From the NCBI RefSeq assembly GCF_000341895.1, contig NC_020409.1, forward strand, positions 2,250,001-2,282,000: DNA of 32,000 bases. The letters run 5' to 3'. Below are positions 23,738-31,870 of the stretch, piece after piece; the first letter of the stretch is position 1, and each line of letters begins with the position of its first letter. The stretch is from Pseudodesulfovibrio piezophilus C1TLV30. Its GTDB lineage: Bacteria > Desulfobacterota > Desulfovibrionia > Desulfovibrionales > Desulfovibrionaceae. Made by a program: the position numbers and the translations under genes. The notes below the pieces were generated by a model, which made no database searches, was not told the DNA's origin, and saw only the letters and a program-made list of their open reading frames with translations.

Positions 23738-25846
23738 ATGATCAGAACATCCATACCAGTCTTTTGCTATCACAACGTCAGCGACATTGACGGGCATACT
23801 CCCGAACGCTTTTGCGAGCATCTCGACGCCATTCAGGACGCAGGCTACCGCACTCTCTCCAGCCGGGATCTCATGGCAGTGGTCCGTGGCGAAAAAAAGG
23901 CACCGCCCAAATCCGTGGTCCTCACATTCGATGACGGGCACCTGTCCAACTGGCTGAATGTGCTGCCGGAACTGCTCAAACGGGACATGACCGGCACGTT
24001 CTTTCTGCTCACGGATTTTACCCGCCCCGGCTCCGTCAGGACACTCGCTGATGCCCCACCCATGACGACCATGCCGGAAGCGCTCAAGGCTGCCCTCCAG
24101 AAAGAGGACTATGCCCAGTTCATCAACGAATCAGAAGCCAAGGCCATGGTGGACAAGGGAATGGAGATTTTCTCCCATGGCTGCCGTCATCAGGGAATTT
24201 TCCGAACCCTGCGCCCGACCGCACTCATGGGGGAAAAACATGCCCGCTGGCCAGCGTGGTCCATTTATCCCGGTTACAATCCCCAATGGCCGACTTTCGA
24301 CGATGCCAGCGCCTACGTATACGATGGATTCACGCCACAGCTCAATTGCACAGACTCTCCCCGTTTTGTACGGCGGAGTCCTGCGGAACGGCTCGCATTC
24401 TGCCGCAAGGATTTTGCCCGCAGCATTGAACGGATGAGAGAACTGAACGGGCTGGAGGAACAACTTTTCTGCTGGCCCTGGGGACACTTCTGTGACGATG
24501 CCGAAGCTGAACTGAAAAAGGCCGGATACGCCGGAGCCTTTACCTTGGAACGATGGGTCAATGCCAAAGGAACGGATCCGTTCCGGCTCAATCGCATCGG
24601 CGTAGGGAGACCCAAAACCGGGAAATGGATTCAAGCCCGGCTCCGCATGTATGGCTCGGACCCCGCAGCCCGATTTTTTTTCAAACTGCACACCAAGCGA
24701 CCCGAAGTGCAGAATGTGCTCTATGCCACGGATTCGACCCGCCTTTCGGGTGGCAGCCGACAAATGATCAACAACATTGAGATCATGACTTCCATGGGGA
24801 TCACCACCCATGCCCTGCTTCATCCGCAGTCGCCGCTTATCCCGGCCCTGGATGGGCTGGATGTCAACATCATTCCCTACGACAATTTCAGCAGCTACCT
24901 CTCTGCCGGACGATTCATGAAAAAGACCATCCGGGAGAATTCCATTGATGTGGTCCATACTTTCCACAACCGGGCATACAAAATGGGCGTCATCGCCAAG
25001 CTCATGGGAGCGAAATTCAAGCTTTTCATCAATCGAGGAGTCATCTCCCGCCCCAATGACATCTTCTTTCTCTGGACCGCTCTTTCCAACGGGGTCATCT
25101 GCAATTCCGTCCAGTGCGCCAAAATTCTGAAAAAACATCGGGTTATGAAACGCCGCCTCAATGTGGTTTACAATGCTTACTGCGGACCGGATTTCGGCGA
25201 ACGCAAGCCACAAAAGAAACGGGGGACACGCTTCATTTACGTTGGTAATGTCGCGGAAATAAAAGGCTATGATATCTTTGCCAAGGCCGCGTCCCGACTC
25301 TGTGAGACATCTGACTGCCGCAATCTGGAATTCGTCGCCGTCGGAATCACCGCACAAGGACAGAAACGATTCGCTCCGCTGTATACCCCCGCCCTCAAAG
25401 AACGCCTGACCATCCATGAAGAACTGTCACATATGGACACTCTGGAGGAAATGCGCTTTGCCGATGTCATCTGCGTCACCTCCAGGCTGGAGAGCTTTCC
25501 CAATACCCTGATCGAGGGATTCGATCTCGGTCTGCCCGGCATCTGCACTGCGGTAGGAGGCATTCCCGAAATAATCCGCGACGGAGTCAACGGCTTCCTG
25601 TGCGCCAGTGAAGACGTGGAATGCCTTGCCCAAAAAATGCGCCTGCTGGCAGACGATCCCATAACGCGCTATACTATGGGCAAGAGAGGGCGTGCTGTGG
25701 TCCGCACTCTCCTCACCCCGGAGGAGAAGGGGCACAACCTGATGCGCGTCTACATGGGAGAACAACGCAGCGAACCGCTTGCTGTGGACACTCTCGCCGA
25801 CACAGACCAGCCGGATGAAAAACCGTATGCAGAATGCAAAGACTAA
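23738..25846 (+). CDS. fusion protein: CE4 polysaccharide deacetylase (NodB homology) domain + GT4 glycosyltransferase domain
   Basis: N-terminal half has VVLTFDDGHLSNW (the D-D motif) and SHGCRH (H-x3-H). C-terminal half has E-x7-E (ESFPNTLIE) and GLPGICTAVGGIPE. No signal peptide or TM segment seen. Confidence 0.8.
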   Translation: MIRTSIPVFCYHNVSDIDGHTPERFCEHLDAIQDAGYRTLSSRDLMAVVRGEKKAPPKSVVLTFDDGHLSNWLNVLPELLKRDMTGTFFLLTDFTRPGSVRTLADAPPMTTMPEALKAALQKEDYAQFINESEAKAMVDKGMEIFSHGCRHQGIFRTLRPTALMGEKHARWPAWSIYPGYNPQWPTFDDASAYVYDGFTPQLNCTDSPRFVRRSPAERLAFCRKDFARSIERMRELNGLEEQLFCWPWGHFCDDAEAELKKAGYAGAFTLERWVNAKGTDPFRLNRIGVGRPKTGKWIQARLRMYGSDPAARFFFKLHTKRPEVQNVLYATDSTRLSGGSRQMINNIEIMTSMGITTHALLHPQSPLIPALDGLDVNIIPYDNFSSYLSAGRFMKKTIRENSIDVVHTFHNRAYKMGVIAKLMGAKFKLFINRGVISRPNDIFFLWTALSNGVICNSVQCAKILKKHRVMKRRLNVVYNAYCGPDFGERKPQKKRGTRFIYVGNVAEIKGYDIFAKAASRLCETSDCRNLEFVAVGITAQGQKRFAPLYTPALKERLTIHEELSHMDTLEEMRFADVICVTSRLESFPNTLIEGFDLGLPGICTAVGGIPEIIRDGVNGFLCASEDVECLAQKMRLLADDPITRYTMGKRGRAVVRTLLTPEEKGHNLMRVYMGEQRSEPLAVDTLADTDQPDEKPYAECKD

Positions 25847-27494
25847 ATCCCTAACCCATTTCTGGGGAACCCTGCCTGAAGAACTCAAGGCCAAATTGCG
25901 TCTGGGTTTTACCGGCAAACGGCATCTGCTGGATATCGTGGGCTGGAGCCTCCGGTCCGGCATTCCGTCACTCGGTCCCCTGATCTCCGATGCCCTGCAA
26001 ACCGCATTTTCCGAAAATCCCCTCGATGGCGAAATGGCCACGGAACTGCTGGCCCATGAAGCTCTCCGCGCGCGACTGCCCAAGACCACGGCTGATGCCA
26101 TGAATTCCGTGGCCAGTCATTGGCGAAAACCTGAAAATACAAGCTATTTCGAGCGGCTGCTGATGAAGCGCGATATGGCCAAACTCAAAAATTTTATCGA
26201 ACAAAAAAAAGAGAGAGAGCCGGAGAACCTCTTCTGGAGGGAACAGGCGGTCACCTTCGGCCTTATTGACAATGACCGGGAATGGGTGCGTTTCATGCTC
26301 GAAAATATCCCGGCAGAACTGACACCTATCCTGGATCATGTTGCACTACGGATGAACCTCCTGCCTGAAGCCCCCGTGGCATCAATCCCCTCGACGTGGA
26401 AAACTCATGATATATTTGGCCCAAACTCTTCGGCAGTGACATGGGGACTGCACCTGCTGCAATCGGGTGAGCCAACCGTGGCCCAGCCTCTTCTGACCGG
26501 GAGCCTGAACCGGACCCCGTGGAATACGACCCTGATCCTTCGCCTTCATGACCTGATCACGAAACGGGACACGCAGAAAATGCCCCTCGACGGGAGCACA
26601 GCCATCCTGCTTTATTCATGGAATAAGGCAGGGGAACTTGACGCCACCCTGGCTTCGCTCTTTGCATCGGACCTACCGATGGTCTCGATCTTTGCCCTGA
26701 ATAACGGATCGACTGATGACACGGCTGAAATCCTTGAAGCATGGCGACCGCGTTTCACCACCAAACTTGGGCCAAAACGGTTCGAGATACTTTCCCTGCC
26801 GGTCAATATCGGAGCGCCCGCTGCCCGCAACTGGCTCATGCACCACCCGCCCGTCACTGCCCACGACTTCACCTGCTACCTTGATGATGATGTTGCACTG
26901 CCATCCGATTGGCTCGCCCGCCTCGGCTCGGCCGTCCACTTGTACCCCGAGGCCGGAGTCTGGGGATGCAAGGTCACGGACTACGCCAACATGGCTCTTG
27001 TGCAAAGTGCGGACTCCCACCTCCTGGGAGATCAGGACGCCCCGCCTCTTGATTTATCCCGCACCGCACCCAATCCCTTCCGACTCTCCGACCTGCATAT
27101 CCAGACACTGGATGCCGGGCTACTGGATATCATGCGTCCCTGTGCATCGGTCACAGGATGCTGCCACCTGTTTCGGACTGCGGTCCTGCTGGAATCCGGT
27201 GATTTCGCACTCCAGCTCTCTCCGTCTCAGTATGATGACATGGAACATGACCTGCGGCTCTGCAAGACCGGTCAATTCCCGGTTTATCAGGGACACCTCT
27301 CCATCCGTCATAAGAAAAGGACAGGAGTGGCATCCCGAACTTCAGCCAAAGAAGAAGGGAACGCGCTGGGCAACAAGTACAAGATGCAGACCATGCATTC
27401 CCGCGAAGAACTCACGCAGGCCATGCTGCACGAGCATCGCCTGCTTGATGATGATCTGATGATGAAGATGGCGAGACTGGACCAGACAGACTGA
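25815..27494 (+). CDS. GT2 glycosyltransferase with a ~270-aa unassigned helical N-terminal domain
   Basis: C-terminal half has ILLYSWNKAGELDATLASL, NNGSTDDT and YLDDDV (DxD). The start is ATG 25815 or 25827; either overlaps the upstream gene by 20-32 nt. Confidence 0.75.
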   Translation: MKNRMQNAKTKSLTHFWGTLPEELKAKLRLGFTGKRHLLDIVGWSLRSGIPSLGPLISDALQTAFSENPLDGEMATELLAHEALRARLPKTTADAMNSVASHWRKPENTSYFERLLMKRDMAKLKNFIEQKKEREPENLFWREQAVTFGLIDNDREWVRFMLENIPAELTPILDHVALRMNLLPEAPVASIPSTWKTHDIFGPNSSAVTWGLHLLQSGEPTVAQPLLTGSLNRTPWNTTLILRLHDLITKRDTQKMPLDGSTAILLYSWNKAGELDATLASLFASDLPMVSIFALNNGSTDDTAEILEAWRPRFTTKLGPKRFEILSLPVNIGAPAARNWLMHHPPVTAHDFTCYLDDDVALPSDWLARLGSAVHLYPEAGVWGCKVTDYANMALVQSADSHLLGDQDAPPLDLSRTAPNPFRLSDLHIQTLDAGLLDIMRPCASVTGCCHLFRTAVLLESGDFALQLSPSQYDDMEHDLRLCKTGQFPVYQGHLSIRHKKRTGVASRTSAKEEGNALGNKYKMQTMHSREELTQAMLHEHRLLDDDLMMKMARLDQTD

Positions 27495-27560
27495 CCTCCG
27501 GTGAACAACGGCTGATCCGCCGGAAGTAACCAACGGCAAAAAACCGCCTGCTCTGATCAT

Positions 27561-28724
27561 CTAAGCCGTGGTGATGAATCGGCTGAAATCATCACCAAGC
27601 TCGCCCTTGAGGCGCTCCAGCCCAGCCATACTCATGCGGGCAAAGGCAAAAGCGAACACAGGGTACTGCGTGTAGTCGATTGTGCGTAATTCGAGCACTT
27701 CTTCAAAGAGTGTGCTCAATCCATGGTAATCGATCTTCGTAATCGCCCTGCGATCCATATGACCGGGAACTTCGGCGATGACCATGACACAGGCTTTTTC
27801 CGGCTGCTTCTTGAGCAGGGACGGCCAATCCGGTCGCATCTTCTTGAAATAACATTCATAGGGGTCCACGCCCCAGGCATGGCAGGTAATGTCCGCCACA
27901 CACCACCCGGCAAAACGGAGCGGGTTGGCTTCTATGGGCAGGATATGACCCAGTTCATCCACCCGAACCTCCAGATGCATGGGGAAGTTGCGAAATTCAC
28001 AAGCCTGACCAACCCGTGCGACATACTCGGTAAAAGGTTCAAGCCAAGTCTCGATGATCTCTGCCGAGGTATAATACAAGGTGTCCGAAATATCGTCCTC
28101 GGACAGAAAATGGTGATGCAGAATATTGGTAATCACAGGATCACCATGCTCGTCATAATAGACGTCAATGGCATATTCCTTCCCCTCGATTCCCGCCTCC
28201 ACAATATACTCGTCAGCGTTGACAACTTCCTCCGGGTACTCTGCATTCATGGCTGACCGCTCATCCTCGATAGCCCGGACCACCTCAGGCCACAGGGCGT
28301 GATCCCTGACCACATGGACTCCGAGGCTGAAAAATCCACGAGCCGGTTTGACCACAAAGGGTGTTTGCATCCCGGAAACATCCAGTTCGGCCAAATCCTC
28401 GGAAGCGGCCCGCATGAAACGATATTCCGGGTGCAATCCGGCCACGGTTTCCCGAAACAGGGCCTTGTCCTTGCAAACCGTTATCTGCCTGACAAGATCA
28501 TCATGACAGCCGCAGGAAAAGATATGGGCAAGGGCATTCTCTGAATTGGCGAGGACCCTTTCTCCCGCTGCCAGTCGGCAAGAGAAATCACCACCACTGA
28601 TGAATTGAATATCCGCCCCGTCCGTCAAACGGCGCGCTCCGGGGGTATCCAACACGGACACGCCCATCCGCTCGACGCTTCGCTTCAGAAATTCAGACAC
28701 ATAGGGAGCATCAAGGAGAAACAT
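27561..28724 (-). CDS. ATP-grasp family ligase (L-amino-acid-ligase-like)
   Basis: FVVKPARGFFSLGVHVV, YIVEAGIEGKEYAIDVYYD and HLEVRVD...PIEANPLR are spaced as in ATP-grasp_4 type carboxylate-amine ligases. Confidence 0.8.
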   Translation of the reverse strand: MFLLDAPYVSEFLKRSVERMGVSVLDTPGARRLTDGADIQFISGGDFSCRLAAGERVLANSENALAHIFSCGCHDDLVRQITVCKDKALFRETVAGLHPEYRFMRAASEDLAELDVSGMQTPFVVKPARGFFSLGVHVVRDHALWPEVVRAIEDERSAMNAEYPEEVVNADEYIVEAGIEGKEYAIDVYYDEHGDPVITNILHHHFLSEDDISDTLYYTSAEIIETWLEPFTEYVARVGQACEFRNFPMHLEVRVDELGHILPIEANPLRFAGWCVADITCHAWGVDPYECYFKKMRPDWPSLLKKQPEKACVMVIAEVPGHMDRRAITKIDYHGLSTLFEEVLELRTIDYTQYPVFAFAFARMSMAGLERLKGELGDDFSRFITTA

Positions 28725-30103
28725 CAGAGAGCCTTCCCTGCCAGCTCATATTTTTTGAGCTTGTACTGAAGATTCGATTTTGAAAGCCCGAGCATCTCGG
28801 CCGCCTTGACCTGCACAAATTCGCACTGAACCAAAGCGCGTTTGACCAGTGCGCCCTCGATCTTGTCCATGGTTTCAGCCAGATTCAGCTTGCTGGGCAA
28901 CAGGTCCACGGCAGATTTGAATTGTGCTTCCTCGTCCTTGATTTCCGGCGGCAAATCATCAGAATCCACTGTATCGGTGCGGGCCAGAACCGTACAGCGC
29001 TCCACTACGTTTTCCAACTGCCGGACATTACCGGGCCACTCGTAGGCTGTCAGATAATCCATGGCCGCAGCCGAAAATCCTCCGATCTCCACCTGGTTTT
29101 CCTTGGTGTACTTGTCCAGAAAATGTGCTGCAAGCAGGGGGATATCTTCACGGCGTTCCCGCAATGGCGGCATGAAAATGGAGACCACGTTCAACCGGTA
29201 GAAAAGGTCTTCCCGAAACTCTCCCTTGGACACGGCTTCCTGCAAATTCTTGTTAGTGGCGGCCACGATACGGATATCCACATCCATGGTTTCCGTCCCG
29301 CCGACACGCTCTATCTGATGTTCCTGCAACACGCGTAGCAATTTGACCTGCAACTCCGGGGTCAATTCCCCGATCTCGTCAAGAAAGAGCGTCCCTTTGT
29401 TGGCCTGTTCAAAGCGCCCCTTGCGCATGGCCGTGGCTCCGGTAAACGACCCTTTTTCATGGCCGAACAATTCTGATTCGAGCACCCCGGGATTCAAGGC
29501 CATGCAATTGACCGTGACAAATGCTTCGTCACAACGGGGAGAAGCATTATGAAGCGCTCGGGCAATAAGTTCCTTTCCTGTGCCGGATTCTCCGAGAATG
29601 AGCACTGTCGAGCGACTCGGGGCAGCCCGATCCACCATATCCAGCACCTGCTGCATACCTTTGCCGCGCGCGATGATATTACCCTTGGAGTAGCGATCCC
29701 TGATCTCCCTCTTGAGCCGGATATTCTCCTGCTGGGTCGCAGCGTACTGCTCGGCCTTGGAAACGGAAAGGACCAGTTCTTCATTGGCGAACGGCTTGGT
29801 GATGTAATCAAAGGCTCCGATGCGCATGGCCTCCACTGCGGCTTCGATGGATCCGAAAGCAGTCATGATGAGCACCGGAATATGCGGGTAGTTCTTTTTG
29901 CAATGCGCCAGGACATCCTGCCCGGTCAGGCCCGGCATTTTCATATCGGTGAGCACCAGATCCACCTCGGATTCCTCCAGGTAGGCCAGCCCCATTTCGG
30001 GATCGGACAACGTTGTTACGTTGTACCCTTCATCCTCCAGAATGGATTCCAGAATGAGCAGATAGTTTTTCTCGTCATCGAGAACCAGTATATTCGCGGG
30101 CAT
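28724..30103 (-). CDS. NtrC-family sigma-54-dependent response regulator
   Basis: Canonical receiver (ILVLDDE, LVLTDMKMP, ITKP). AAA+ core with GESGTGKE and a GSFTGA loop, and a C-terminal Fis-type HTH. Its TGA shares one base with the ATG of the ATP-grasp gene. Confidence 0.95.
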   Translation of the reverse strand: MPANILVLDDEKNYLLILESILEDEGYNVTTLSDPEMGLAYLEESEVDLVLTDMKMPGLTGQDVLAHCKKNYPHIPVLIMTAFGSIEAAVEAMRIGAFDYITKPFANEELVLSVSKAEQYAATQQENIRLKREIRDRYSKGNIIARGKGMQQVLDMVDRAAPSRSTVLILGESGTGKELIARALHNASPRCDEAFVTVNCMALNPGVLESELFGHEKGSFTGATAMRKGRFEQANKGTLFLDEIGELTPELQVKLLRVLQEHQIERVGGTETMDVDIRIVAATNKNLQEAVSKGEFREDLFYRLNVVSIFMPPLRERREDIPLLAAHFLDKYTKENQVEIGGFSAAAMDYLTAYEWPGNVRQLENVVERCTVLARTDTVDSDDLPPEIKDEEAQFKSAVDLLPSKLNLAETMDKIEGALVKRALVQCEFVQVKAAEMLGLSKSNLQYKLKKYELAGKAL

Positions 30104-30129
30104 GCTTTCCAGCCTTGGTTGTCATTTCA

Positions 30130-30148
30130 CGGGCACGAAGGGTGCCCG
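30130..30148. promoter_or_regulatory. palindrome CGGGCAC-gaagg-GTGCCCG, weak sigma-54 -24/-12 candidate
   Basis: On the minus strand it reads GGGCAC-ccttcg-TGC with GG-N10-GC spacing. The GC lies 29 nt before ATG 30103. The same spacing reads on the plus strand towards 30333. Confidence 0.25.
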
Positions 30149-30332
30149 ACCGTCAGGCAGGATAGAACAAGACGGCCTGAAAACCAAGTCTGGATATCGT
30201 GGGACAGTGTTCCGCCGAGACTTCAAAGCCTCTCGGGATGGAAGCCCAACGATTCTTTCCCTGATAACCGGAAACGAACCAGCCGGAGAACCGCCCACGC
30301 GGTTACGCTGGATTGTCCTGCAGCGCCGTGCT

Positions 30333-30926
30333 ATGCTCATCAGCATGGTTGATGTCGATAAAAAAGAACTCCGCAAGAAGCTCCTGACCAAAAGAAGCTC
30401 TCTGCCGCAGAAAACGATCCTTGACGCAAGCAACGCGGCCATGGAACTGCTTCGGCAGATTCCCGAGTGGAAAACAGCCAGGGAAATTCTGGTCTACTGG
30501 CCTATCCGGGGAGAGCTTGACGTGCGGCCTCTTATCACGGAACTCTGGCAGCGTCAGGTTTCTGTGCTGATGCCGCGCTGTCGCCCTGATGCGTACGGAG
30601 AAATGGACCTGGCCTGTGCTTCCTGTGAAGACGACCTGACCCCCGGTCCCTTTTCGATCATGGAACCCGATGCCCACAAATGCCCGTCTGTGCAGGAATG
30701 CAGCCCTGATCTGGCCATTATCCCCGGAGTCTGTTTTGATCGGCGCGGCTATCGACTCGGTTTCGGCGGCGGCTATTACGATCGTCTGCTGGCCACACCC
30801 GACATGCAGCTCGCGCTTAAAATCGGCGTCGGCTATACCTTTCAACTTATTGAAGAATTGCCAATCCAACCCTGGGACATGCCTGTAGACATTGTCTGTA
30901 CCGAAGAGGAATTATGGCGTCCATAG
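30333..30926 (+). CDS. 5-formyltetrahydrofolate cyclo-ligase
   Basis: KKELRKKLLTKR N-terminus, WPIRGELD, and GFGGGYYDR near the C-terminus are typical of MTHFS. The start is ATG 30333 or 30345; the track ORF 30102.. is too long. Confidence 0.85.
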   Translation: MLISMVDVDKKELRKKLLTKRSSLPQKTILDASNAAMELLRQIPEWKTAREILVYWPIRGELDVRPLITELWQRQVSVLMPRCRPDAYGEMDLACASCEDDLTPGPFSIMEPDAHKCPSVQECSPDLAIIPGVCFDRRGYRLGFGGGYYDRLLATPDMQLALKIGVGYTFQLIEELPIQPWDMPVDIVCTEEELWRP

Positions 30927-31678
30927 CTTTTTTCCCCTTTGAATTCCTGGGCATTCCTTCGGTCCAGTGCGCCTTCACCTCCCGTCGGGGCGGGGTTTCG
31001 GAACCACCGCACGATTCAGCCAACCTGTCCTTCGAGGTCGGTGACGATGACCATGCCGTCCGCCAAAACAGGCGGATGCTTTTCAAGCGTTTCGAGCTGA
31101 CCGCCTGGTGCGAATGCAGACAGGTCCATGGTGACACCCTGCATGTGGAGCCCTCTCCCATCGCCCCGGAAGACATGGCAACCCTGGAAGGTGATGGTCT
31201 TGCCACTGCTTTGCCCGGCACGGGACTGGTCATCAAGACCGCAGACTGTCAGCCTATCCTGATGGCACATCGTTCAGGCCGGTATGTGGCCGGTCTTCAC
31301 GTCGGATGGCGGGGCAACAAACTCAATTTTCCCAAAACAGGAGTACGGCGATTCTGTGAGACATACGGGCTTGACCCGAAGGATATCTTTGCCGTCCGTG
31401 GCCCCAGCCTCAGCCCAGCGTCTGCGGAATTCATCAATTTCGAGACTGACTTCGGCCCTGCATTCGCTCCTTACTTTGACCCCGACTCCAAACACATGGA
31501 CCTCTGGCGACTGACCCGGGACCAGCTCATGGACGCCGGATTGCCCAGTGAACACATCCATTCCATGGACCTCTGCACCATGGGGCGGGATGACACCTTC
31601 TTCTCACACCGCAAAGCCTGTGCCTCCCCAGCCGGGACAACAGGCCGCCAAGCGGGATTCATCTGGATCAAACCGTAA
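30914..31678 (+). CDS. pgeF: YfiH/PgeF (DUF152) laccase-domain protein, peptidoglycan editing factor family
   Basis: KTADCQPILM and GLHVGWRG motifs. 254 aa. Overlaps the previous gene by 13 nt. Confidence 0.85.
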   Translation: MASIAFFPFEFLGIPSVQCAFTSRRGGVSEPPHDSANLSFEVGDDDHAVRQNRRMLFKRFELTAWCECRQVHGDTLHVEPSPIAPEDMATLEGDGLATALPGTGLVIKTADCQPILMAHRSGRYVAGLHVGWRGNKLNFPKTGVRRFCETYGLDPKDIFAVRGPSLSPASAEFINFETDFGPAFAPYFDPDSKHMDLWRLTRDQLMDAGLPSEHIHSMDLCTMGRDDTFFSHRKACASPAGTTGRQAGFIWIKP

Positions 31679-31686
31679 TCGGACAT

Positions 31687-31863
31687 ATGGGCATACTCTT
31701 CAAACTGATCATCATTCTCGGTCTCGTCTTCTTCATCACCGGAATGTTCACCAAGTCCAAAGCCGAACGGATCGAACGGCGCAACAGGACCACGAACATA
31801 CTGCTGGTGGCCATTGTCGTGCTGCTCGCCATTTCCATAGGCCTCAATCTCCTGCATCGGTAG
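31687..31863 (+). CDS. unlisted 58-aa two-transmembrane small protein
   Basis: MGILFKLIIILGLVFFITGMFTKSKAERIERRNRTTNILLVAIVVLLAISIGLNLLHR has two hydrophobic helices joined by a K/R-rich loop. It fills the gap between pgeF and the next gene. No clear SD. Confidence 0.45.
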   Translation: MGILFKLIIILGLVFFITGMFTKSKAERIERRNRTTNILLVAIVVLLAISIGLNLLHR

Positions 31864-31870
31864 ACTCGGC

